Origin: Lama guanicoe | Lineage: Eukaryota | DNA length: 64,000 nucleotides | Reading direction: 5' to 3' | Assembly (NCBI GenBank): GCA_013239625.1 | Contig: MU055362.1 | Span: forward strand, 15,545,405 to 15,609,404 | In this document: positions 44,201 to 56,200 of the stretch, in pieces | How the letters are laid out: every line of letters starts with the position of its first letter | Position numbering within the stretch: the stretch's first letter is position 1 | Made by a program: the position numbers and the translations under genes | Notes under the pieces: generated by a model | Told to the model about the DNA's origin: nothing | Databases searched by the model: none | The model's input: only the letters and a program-made list of their open reading frames with translations

Positions 44201-47200
44201 TAACATTATGCAAAGCTATAGTATAGTATCACAACCAGGATATTGACATGGGTACATTTCACTGATCTTATTCAGATTTCCCCAGTTTTACTTGTATGTG
44301 TATACATGTGTGTATTAAGTTCTACACAATTTCATCACCTGTGTAGGTTTGTATATCCACCACTAGCCAAGATGCTGAATAGTTCCAACACCATAGGTTC
44401 CCTCATGTTGCCCTTTTACAACCACACATGCCTCTTTCCTGCCCCCATCCCTAGCCCCTGGCCATCTGTCCACAACTTCTAAAACTCTGTCATTTCAAAA
44501 ATGTTACTTGTGGTGGGGGGAGTTGGTGTAGCTCAGTGGTAGAGCATATGCTTAGCATGCACAAGGACCTGGGTTCAATCCCCAGTTGCTTCCATTTAAA
44601 TAAATAAGTAAATAAAGAACCAAGATTTATTAAAAAATTAATAAATTCCAACCAATCCAACTTAAAAAAAACCACACACAAATGTCATATAAATGAAATT
44701 ATATAGNNNNNNNNNNNNNNNNNNNNNNNNNNNNNNNNNNNNNNNNNNNNNNNNNNNNNNNNNNNNNNNNNNNNNNNNNNNNNNNNNNNNNNNNNNNNNN
44801 NNNNNNNNNNNNNNNNNNNNNNNNNNNNNNNNNNNNNNNNNNNNNNNNNTTCACCTGCTGGAAATCATCTGGGCTGATTCTGGTTTTTGGCTTCTATGAA
44901 CATTCATGTATAGGTTTTTATAAGAAAGTAAGCTTTCATTTCTCTAGGAAATGAAGTGCCCAAGAGTACAATTGTTGGATTGTGTGGTAATTGCATTTAG
45001 TTTTATAAGAAACTGCCAATAGACTGACTGTATCATTTTACATTCCCATCAGCAATGTCCGAGTGACCCACATCCTTGTCTACATTTGGCATTATCAATA
45101 TTTTCCACTTTAGCCATTCTGATAGGTGTGGAGAGGTATGTAGTGATATCTCATCATGGTTTTAATTTGCATTTCCCTGTTGGTTAATGATGCTGAACAT
45201 CAATTAATTATCTTCATGTGCTTATTTTGCCATCTGTGTATCTTCTTCAGTGAAATGACTGTTCATATCTTTTGCCCATTTTCTAACTGGTCTGTTTTTT
45301 TACTGCTGTGTTTTAAATTTTTATATTTTAGATATTAGTCTTCTTCAGATAGTTGACTTGCAAACATATGCTCCTAGTCTTTACATCCTTTTCTAACTGG
45401 CTCTCCTAGAGTAGAATCTTTAATATTGATAAATTAGACTTCATCAATTTTTCCTTTTATGGATGATTGTATTTTTGGCATCAAGTCTAAGAATTCTTTG
45501 CCTAGCTCCTGAAGATATCCTCTTATACTTCTTTCTAAAGGTCTCATAGTTTTACACTTTACATTTAAATCTATGTTTCATTTTGAGTTGATTTTTCTAT
45601 AAGGTATGAGGCTTAGGTCAAAGTTCATTTGTTTCCCTGACCCCTATAGATACCAATTGCTCCTGCAATTGAAAAGGCTATCCCTTCCTCCATTGAATTG
45701 TTTTTGCACCTTTGTCAAAAAATTAATTAGGCATCTTTGTGTGGGTCTATTTCTGCATTCTCTAGTTGCACTGATACATGTGTCTATCCCTCCATAAATA
45801 CACAGTATTGATTACCATAGCTTTATAGTAAGCCTTAATATCAGATGTAATGACTCCTCCCACCTCCTTCTTTCTCAAAATGTTTAGCTATTGTAGGGTC
45901 CGTGCTTTTTCATCTAAATTTTAGTATAAGCTTGTCTATGACTACAAAAATCCTTGTTGTGATTTTCATAGGAGCTGCATTAAACTTACAGATCAGGGGA
46001 GGAATGACATCTTTACTATGTTGAGTCTTCCAATCCACAAACATGCATGGTATGCCTCTTCATTTATATGGGTCTTCTTTGCTATCTTTCATTAACATTT
46101 TGTAATTTTCAGCATACAGATCCTATACATGTTTTGTTAGGTGTATATCTAAGTATTTGATTTCATTTGGAATGCTTGTAAATGGTTTCATTTTCCACAT
46201 GTTCACTGCTAGTATAAAGAAATGCGATTAATTTTTGTGTACTGATCTTATATCATGTAACCTTGCTGAACTCACTTATTATTTCTATGCTGGTTGTCTA
46301 AGTTGGGCCAAGAGATCTCAGGAGGGTCTTAAGTATGAGAGCCAGGAAACCAGGTATAGGGCTGAATTGCCACAGGGCAGCAGCCATCCAGCCCTACTGA
46401 GCAGAGCTGCTAAGTACCAGCTCCATGCCTGAGGCCATTCCAGACTCACCCCGCAATGCTACCTGTTAAGACTCCCCCAGCCCCTATGTGTGGTAGGTCA
46501 CTGGGCTCATGCTATGGAGCACTAAATATACTCTGTCTTAGGCCATATCCATAACTGATACTGTGACTTGAGTCCCTTGCATACCTTTCTGCCCTCCTAG
46601 CTGCACTCTGCTTACCTGGCCACTGATCTCCTCTCTCCGGAGTAGCCGAATGGCTAGGCGCAGCAGCCCCACCACTGCCCGCTCCACAAGGAAGCAGAAA
46701 TCCTGTGCCTGGACACACAGGTGGTACAGATGGTCTCGAACAGTCTGCCACACACAGCCCACACGGTCCCTGAGGAACATAAAGGGTGAGCATAGTCTCA
46801 GCTATAGAGGCCAGTGGGCAATAAGCCTCCTTTTCTGACAGAGGCTAGGCCTTTCAAGGGCTCAGTGTTATCACACCCTAAGCATGCAGATATGAGCAAG
46901 CTTCTCCCCCACTGCCTATAGCTTCATGTGCTTCTTGTCCCTGGAGCCCACTCTACAAGATTAGTCCATGCTTCCATCCCTTTGGCACAAGCTCAGTATG
47001 AAGCCTGCCTAAGGACTGCCTTCTACCTGTTCTCCAGCACAATCCTCAGCAGCATCTCCAGGCAGAAAGCAGCATCCTCCTCATCATATGTCTCTTCATC
47101 TGGTGTCACTGAGACCAGAGCCTGGAGAAGAATAATAGCAGGAAAGTAGGCATGGAGGAGAAGCCAGCCACTGGCCCAGCCCAGACAGAATTTGAGGCAT

Positions 47201-50200
47201 ATGCCACTCCTGTATAAGGAGGTCTCCACTCCTGGACCCAGCCAGCCCTTTCATTCCTCTTTCCTCTTCATTCTGTACCTTCATGAGCTCCTGCAGTGAC
47301 TCCAGCTGGAGGAACTTGCTTTCTGTGATCATCTTTTCTGGGTCACATTGCTAGAGGGGCCACGAGAGAGAGAGAGGGGTTACTGATAAGGACTAGAGGG
47401 AAGAGAATGTTCCCAAGAGCTGGGGAGAGAGGGCAGGAGTCAGCACTGGTCACAAACTCTGGATGATTCTATTCTTCAGTTCATAGGACAGCACTTGCCT
47501 AATAGAGGGGGTCTAGGCTTGTTTCACCAGGGGTAGACAGGGGCAATTACCTTGATACAGTCCAAGGCCATTCGCTTGGCCTCTTGGTTCTCAGTGGATG
47601 GGCCCCGCACACTAGACTGCTCAGTACCACTTAGTGTCAGCCAGCTTACGAAGCTCAGCACTGTTGACTCTCCTCTATACAAAGAAAGTACAAGCCCTAG
47701 TGAGCTCCAGAGTTCTGATCCTCCCTCCCCAACATCTCCAGCCTCTGATTTGCACTCACCGGTTCGATGGTGTCTCCTCCCGCTGTAGAGATATCTTGCC
47801 GTTGGGATCCACAAAATCTTCTACCTGGAAAACCAAGTCAAGAATAATTTCTTTCTACATGCCCTCTGCATTTCCTGCTCCTCTATGCTAAGTTCTCTGG
47901 CTTTCTTTCTGTTGCTCTCTGCCCTACATTATTGACTGGGCCCCCTCCAACTGGTGACTGGCAATGACTTCTACCAGCTTTCCTTTACAGCTAGCCCCAC
48001 CACCAAAGATCTGTGGTTTTACATTTGAGGTGTTGCCAATAAGTTTCAGCAGGCATCAGGCCCAGTGCTGTTCTCAACCAGTTCTATATACATACAGTAC
48101 ATAACCGTGGAGTGCTTGCCTTATTGTTACTGATTAGTCTCCTACCAAGAATTACCTCCACCATAGCCTTGGGTAGCAGCTGGGCTCGGAAGAGCTGCAG
48201 CATGGCCTCCATGATATTCTTCCAGCCCTCCCTCAGGATGTCACCATGACGATGGGCCAAATGGAATACTGTCCTGGCTGCAATGTGGGCTTTAGGATTG
48301 CTTCCAAACACACTGGGCAGGTTCTCAACAGACTGGAAAAGAAGATGAGAAGATGCTTAGGGGCTGGCAAATGTCTTGAAAAGTGATTCTCTTAGGCCTC
48401 TACCTCTGGTTCCCCAAGGGTCCTTCTGCTAAGTTCTGCTTCACTCCCCCATAATACTGGTGGGAAGGGCTAACTTGGTTAAGGCCTTCCCCATTATTTC
48501 ATCTCCTCTCTCATCCCCATTATATGAGGTGACACTCTTCTCATGCTAGTGTGTGTCAAACAGAAATGGCTGAAGCTCTACTGCAGTTGAGGGGGATTGA
48601 GAGAATATGCTGAGGGAAACCAATTTCACAGATAAGGGCAGATCTAAAAGAGAGGTCCTCCCCTGGAAGTCGAAGTACACAGTTCCTGTCCCTGCTCACC
48701 TCACTGCTGAGCGCTGTGAATTTGCATAGAGAGATGATGAGATTGTCAAACACATCACTGAGGCCATAGTGGGCGGAGATCATGGCGCACTTCCTGCAAC
48801 GTCACACACCAGAAACAGTCACTGGAAAGCCAGGCAGCCCTTCCAAGTCCTTGAGGGATTCTTCCCTAATCAGTCCCAGGAAGAAATCTTTTACTCTTGA
48901 GTTTGTGTAAGTCTGAGCTTTGCCAAACTTCAGCCTCCCTCTAAAAACTCAGAAGGAACCCCATTCTATGGAAAATAAGGGTAGAGGTCAGAGAGGCATG
49001 GAGGAAACTCAGAGAGGTGAGAGAGGAGATCAAGACCAAAGTCAAACCCCAGCTACCTGAAGCCTGAGATGGCTTTCTGGATGATTGTCTCCTCAAGGCT
49101 TTTGTCAAAGACATAAGAGAGAGCAGCAATAGTGGGGCCCCAAGTCATGGTGAAGAGATCAAGATCGTAGCTGCCAGAAGGCACACGCAGGAATATGCCC
49201 TCTGGGGTGGCACCTCGATGAAGCAGCACATTCCATACATAATTCTCCCGAACCAAGCCTGTTTGCTCCTCAGGCATCACAATTTCCTCATTCCTGTCAG
49301 GAGGTAATGGAAGGAATACATACACTGCTGTGAACCTGGCTGGTTACAAGCTAGGACAAGGGGCTTTGCCCATTACTGGCACTTTCCATCAATAAAAGGC
49401 CATAAAAACTGCAGCTCAGTGGTCTGCTTCCCCCTGACCAGTGGTATGAGGGAAGTATCCCATAATCTCCAAGCTCTATCTCTAAATGGGCCTTTGGTTC
49501 TGTAGTAAAATCTCATATTCTTTCTGGGTATAAAAGGATGAATAATTCTATCTTTTCTGATTTACAGTAAAAACCTAAATGTCCTATATTTGACCTCTGA
49601 CCCAAACCCCTCACCCTCCAGCACCCATCCTGGTTTGTTTTTGTTTTTGTTTTTGTTTTTGTTTTTGTTTTTTACCAGACTGCATCTTGTAAGCTAGACA
49701 GGAAAACCCACTGCTCTGGGTTCGGAAAATGGGGCCATGACACTCCCCTTAGTAGAGGCAGTTTGGATCCTAGCTCAGAGTACTAGAATTCCAGTACTGT
49801 TCAGGATTCTTTAAGGAATAAATGAGTTGAGGGAGAGGGTGCTGCCCAGCTAAATTGTGAGGCTAAATCCAGGGCATGAGTCATTGCAGTCTGATGTGAC
49901 CCTCTCAAATCTGGAAAAGGAAGCAGAGTGCTTACTGTTAACAGAGATGCTACACCATTCTCCCCACATACTCACTTGATGGCATGGTACATGTCCTCTA
50001 GGATGTCTTGCTCAAAGTCTTTGCCTCCATTCACACCTTTTAGGTTTTTTCGAAACTCCTAGAAATAGGGCAGTAAACTTTTTACCCCATGTGTCAATGC
50101 TGAAGCCCCACCCAAGGAACTCCTGGGTCTGTGCTAAACAGGACTTAGGAAACAGTAAGTGGAAGAATCCATCTCCCTACCCGAGTTCCTATTCTGGATT

Positions 50201-53200
50201 GGCCAGCCCTCTCTGACTCCTTGGACAGAACATTGCCTATTGTGCCCACTGGAAATCCTATGTCTTTCCTGCTACCTCCAAAGCTGTGCTGGATCTTCTC
50301 TGCCTTGGCTGAGATCCACGCTTACCTCCAGGGTCATGGGTGCATTCTGTTTCCGAACGTTGTGGTTGTGCTGGTCAGTATTAAGCATGATGACAGCATA
50401 GGCCAGGGCAAAGCAGGCATCACTATTGGCAAATGGGGAGCCATTACAATTCTGAAAAAGCAAAGACCCCACCTATGTCAATGTCCTTCTCTGGCCAACC
50501 AAACCCTTACTACCAACTGACTGGTCAATGCTGGTACGAAGGGAAGGTACCAGCCAGAAAGCAGCACATCTCTTGCCAACTCCTTAAAGAAACCTGGCCC
50601 TTCCCTGGAAAGCTCATTGATGATGCTCTCAGCCTTCTCAGGAGATAGTAACTGGGTCCTTCAGTTGGTTGCTCCAACTGGTACTGGGTTGGAGCCATTG
50701 GAAACCCTTAGTCAAATTAACTTGGGATGCTAGGCTCAGCCCCTGCCACTCAAACTCACCCTCCAATGTTCTGTGAATGCCTCTAGCAACCTCTGGATGA
50801 CTGGTGCTTCCCCAGGCAAGCGGAAGGCTTCCAAGTAGAGACGGAGAGCTTCGTCCAGCCGCAGACCCTGAAAGCTGAAGGTGCTACAGGGATAGAAAGA
50901 AGGATGAAAGGCTTAAAATATGTAAGCTGCAAATTGTGGGCACTCTCTTGAGCCACAGTCCCTCTAAGCTTTTCCTACTGCAAGAGGAGGCTGAGGTCTC
51001 TAGCAAAGGGAGCTATCGCCTGGTCATCTCTAACACAGAACCAGAATTTGACAACTCCTAACCATAGTACTTTTTACATCAGCATTTTCTTGCCAAAAAC
51101 CTCATCCGTTGAAACCCAGAATCTACCCTGCACTCAGGAACACTGCTCCACCCCTTTGCAATGCTCTCTATGTAGAATGAAATGGTTTCCAAAGCTATCT
51201 TGCTGGAGACCTCTTTCAGATCCAACAAATACAAATCAGGAGAGTGGAGAGGAAGAATGTGTGACCTGGGTCACCAGCTAGAACTAATACTGCTTTGAAG
51301 GAGTCTGTCCCCCCAGACTGATCATCAACTATGTCCCACATTTCTTGCAGCTTCCTCACCTCACAAAGCTCTCCAACAGGTCAATGTTTTTGCGGTCACT
51401 CACAAACTCTCCAATCATTTTCTTGTCCAGCCGAGGGTTCTCTCGCAGCCACTGGGCTACCTCTGTGTTGTTCATTGGGATGGTGAGGAGGCCTTTTTCC
51501 TGCAGAAACTGGATCCCCTTCTTTGGTTTCTGGTTGAACTGCTCTGTGCCAGTGATCAGCAGCTGCAGGAGAAATACGAGAGGTGTCAAAAGCTGCTCTG
51601 CCTCTAAACCAGACAAGGCCAGACCTCCATCATTGTCCACAGCTGGTCACCTAACAAGCTCCTAGGACATCGTTCTAAGTCACTCTAGAACTAAGGCTGC
51701 ATCATATTGGCCCCTAGCCTTCCCTGATCTCCATAATTAACTAGAATTGGTTGAGGAGCTCCTTTTCACTCCTTTTCTGAGTGCTGATGATACATAGCAC
51801 ACTCCTCCAACTTGGAAAAAAAAAAGTAGAAGAAAGAGACTAGAGAAAGTTATCGTCTCTCTCCAGTTTTATTGCCATCCCTGGTATGTGTTTACAGTTT
51901 AGTTTGTATCCCCCTTCTTTCTTTGGTTTCCTAGCTCTTGAAGTCCCTGGGGTTTGAAGAACAAGATGAACTAATTGTGATGAAAACAACTTTTTGACCG
52001 TCTAGTCACAGCCTTGCAATCAAGGCCATACATAAACCAGTCATTTAGGCTGCCCTTAAGAGGAAGAAAGGGTTAAAGAGAAGATTTTCTTTGTGTTAAA
52101 AAACCAAAAAGCAGAGTTATTTGAATTTTACTAAAGCTCCAGAATAAATGTCAATTCCCTTTTATTGCCAACTGTCACCCCAGGGCTTGAGATGACCAAT
52201 AACCTCCAGTGACCCACAGGAAACCAGTTCCCAGGGCTCTTGTCACCACCAGTAACACTTGGCTCTCAGATAGGGCCAGGAGCACATAATAGAATATGAC
52301 TGGTTACATGGCTTAGGAGTAAGGGAAGACCTTCAAAGGAGACTGGGGGTTTGGTGAAGTCCCAGCAAGCCGAAAGACTAGTCAGAATGAGACGCTCTCT
52401 CATTCTCTGAGACAGAAACCCTACAAAGAACACTCAGAGGTGGGCAGAGGCTAAGCTCTGGGAATATCTATATATACCTTCTTTTTGTTCTTAATTTCAG
52501 TCAGTTCCCGTGGATCTGGCAGGAGACAGGAAAATCGAGGTGGTTTCCGGGTAAACTTTTTGTCAGCTAGGAAAAAGAGAGGGAAAAACCAGTAAGATTC
52601 TTTTACCAGGATAATGACTTTTGGAAGGTTGCTGATATACTCTCTAGTGAAAAAGGAAGATGCCTCAGAAAACTTCTTGTCCTTATCAGTCTTCCACTTC
52701 CCTACAAGTCCTACCTTCCAGAGCTCCAAATGTTTTCTTTCCTGTGTCTGGGTTTAAAGGCATGGTAAACAGCCAAGTTTCACTCAGGTACTGCCCTAGG
52801 GTGTTCCTGCTCCCTTCCCCTCTGTTCTCCACCAGGCCCTCTAGTTGAGGGAGCTTAGGATCATGGACATCCAGTACCCACCCCCAGAGTCACCAGCTTC
52901 CTCCAGATCACTGCATCCTGGTTTTCCATGTTCTGCTGGCAGCCACCCTCCACCTGGCAGATTCAGGCCTGTGATGTCTGGGGCGACACCTACAGATTTC
53001 CCATCGCTGGCTGCTCTCTCAGCTATAAGAGAGAAGAAGATAAGTGAAGGCTTATGGTGAAGGAGTATGCAGGCAGAGCTGCAAGAGAATTGAGTCTTAG
53101 GCCAAGGAGACCTGCATGTTTGTACATAGGTCACCAGCCCTGAATAGGACAAACCCAAGCCCAAATAAGTAGGCACTGTCTCAGGCCAAACATTTGATTC

Positions 53201-56200
53201 TATAATTTAATAAAGAGCTTACCCAGTCACTTTCCCTGATCTTCTGCAACCTCAATCTCAAGGAGAAGTTAGAGAAGATTAATTAGAGTAGAGGCAGACA
53301 TTGGAGGTGGGAAAAGGTAGGGCCTGGATATTTTAGGGACAGAAGTCCTATATCCTTTAATCTATGTTCTCTTTTCTCCCCATAAAGAAATAATAATTAT
53401 GTTTGAAAAAAAAAAAAGCTAAAGTGTGGAAGAGGAAAAAGGGAGAAGTCCATGAGTCCTGCCTGGCCCATCATTCGAATCACCAAACCTCGGAAAAATA
53501 CAGAATTAGGAATACTTCAAAGGAAGTGAAATAAGGGTAGGCAAAAGAATTCAGTGAGTAGAGAAAGGATAAACATAGAACCCTGGGATCCTCAAAGAAA
53601 GAAATGCCTCTCACTATCATTGGCTTCTCGAGTGCCATCTATTGCTTCATAGCCAGGTCTGGCTGCCTCTTTCTTCTCTTGCTGGGTAAGGTTGTTGAGA
53701 ACTTTGGCCTGGCAGTGGGCCTCAGTGCTGTCAATCACTGTCAACAGGGCATCAAGAGACAACAGGTGTGTTGTATAGAGCTGACCAGACACAGGGAAGG
53801 CATTCTGGAAAGTAAACAGATACAGTAAACTTGAGGTTAGAATACTTCTCCAAAAATCCTAAAATCGCCTATAACTTTCATATTGCCTTAGGATGCCCTT
53901 CTGCTTGTTCCCCAACTCTAAAGTATTTCCCTCTCTGTATGTAGCATCCTCATTACCACCAGAGAGACTTTCTTAATACAGCCTTCTTCTAGAGGCCAGT
54001 AATAATACTCAGCACCTTGGACAGCAGCTTGGTGAGATCTTCAAAGAGGTTGGAACAGTAGTAGTCACAATCATAGTTGATATAGAGCTCAGTGACAAAG
54101 CTGGGGATGTGCCAGAGCTGCACAATGGCCTCCAGTGCCATCTCCTTCATCTCATAAGGCATCTTGGGGTTCTCCACAGTGATGATCTCCATGAGCTTTT
54201 TGATGTACATCTGACAATAATCCAGTAATTGCCATTTGGGGGGTGGAAAGGGTTCAAGATAGGAAGAGACAAATTGGACAGGAAAAACATTAAACAGGAA
54301 GCAGACACCTAGCCAAGAGGCATGTATTAAGAGACACATAAAGGTATTCCATCCCCTAAATACATCTTCCTCTTTGGTCTTCATGTTGGAGGAGGCCTGG
54401 GTCTCTACCTCATGCTTGACTGAAAACAAGGAGCCTATTGCCCTTTTCGTGCTCACTATGTTTGCCTGATCTGGTCCTATTCAGAGTTCACTTTTGCAAT
54501 TTAGTAGCAAAGCTAGTTTGACTTGCCTGCTTGTATTGCAAAAGAACTGCAGGCAGAAGAGCTGTACGCATTCATGGTGAGGTTACCTGCTAGTCCTCAT
54601 ATTTGGGTTCTCCCATTTTATAGCCAGCCGGTTTTCCCTGGGCTCCTTGTAATTTCTCCACTAAAGAGGACAGCCAATGAACCGGAGGCTAAAAGCACTC
54701 TCCTAAGAAGCTGCTAAATCCCACCCCTGCAGCAAGACAGAGCTGGCTCTAATGAAGGTGTCATGCATCTTCCTATTTGTTTTCTTTCAGGTTCAAGAAA
54801 CTCACCTCCAGTTGGAACTTGAGGTGCTCCCTCATGCTCTCAAACAGTAGGAAGCATACCCGCAAGGAAGCAGCATAAAGGTTCAGTCGCTCTACGCTGA
54901 GTAGCTGGAGATCACAGTAGGATGGACCATTAGGTTTCTGAATCTGACTATGGCCCAACCAAGAGAAAGGCAGCAGAGCAAACTGTGGGGAGTTGCTACT
55001 AAGGTCCTGTGCTTTGAGGGAACTCTATATCTAGCCATTTCTGTTTCCCTTTGGCTGCCAGAGTCCCTGGGGAACTACTGGAGTCCTGCTGACTATGACT
55101 ACTGATCAACAGGGGAGGAAGGTTCTTTCCTGGGTTTTATACTCTTTGCACAAATCAGCCAAACCTCCCTGTGCTCCCATGACCCTTAAGAGACTCTGAA
55201 AAAAAAGCCAGGAGCTGGGACCCCTTCTAGAAATCCAATCTTACCTGGAATAAGTGGCGGCACATCTCATCCTTGATGAGGCCCAAGAGGGTTTGGCACT
55301 GGGCTACAGGGGCTGACTCAAGAGCCACTGTCAGCAAATGCAGTCCCATGTGGATCATAACCTCTGAGTTGTGGCGGTCATGTGGGTTGGTGAGGGAGAT
55401 GAGGAAGCGGAAGAGCTCACGGATGCAGGGAAGACCATAGGGGACCAAAGCTGTGCCTGGGAAAGGCCAGGAAGGAAGTGGGACTGCTAAGACTGCTAAC
55501 TGGCTTGACTGCTTGGCGTAGCCAGCCCTCCATTATATAGGGATTTCAGGTAAGTGATTCTCTTCAGAAAAAAAAAAAAGTTTTTTTCTGGGGAAGTAGG
55601 GAGACTTGTCTCACTTTCTAAAAAAATTTATTTTTTTTTTACATATATATATTTTTTTTTGCAGGGGGAGGTAATTAGGTTTATTTTTAGAGGAGGTACT
55701 GGGGATTGAACCCAGGACCTCGTGCATGCTAAGCATGAGCTCTACCACTTGAGCTATGCCCTCCCACTTTGTCTCACTCATTATAGGCAATCAAAATTAC
55801 TGATCCCACTTTTCTGTTAAAAGTCCCAAGCTTTCTATTCTTCCCTCTCACTTCCTATTGTCCATCAAACTCCTTCTCTGTAAGTTAGGGAAAGGTTCTA
55901 TCCTATAGTCCTCTGGCTTGATTCAATTTCCTGACTAGAAAATGGCCTAGGTCTTGAACCAGCAGACATTGTGGGTCTACGATGGTCTAGGCTCAGGCAG
56001 CTTAGTGGATAGGATGGGGGAAGGTGAACAGGCAAGCCTGCCTGAGAGTACGCACCTTCTTTCTGAGAGGACTGTGTAAAGCGCACGCCCCGGGGATTGA
56101 CGTAATCCATATCATGGACAGAGGCAGAGTCAGAGTGGTCAGCCGGGGATGTGCACTCCTCTAATACTTCAGGTATGGATTCCACGGATACTGATTGGGC

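Noticed and set aside
44515-44595. tRNA-Ala-like sequences (also ~912-987, ~41042-41117, ~55692-55766) as real tRNA genes
   Set aside because: Degenerate stems, shared A-rich tails, TSDs and multiple dispersed copies identify them as SINEs
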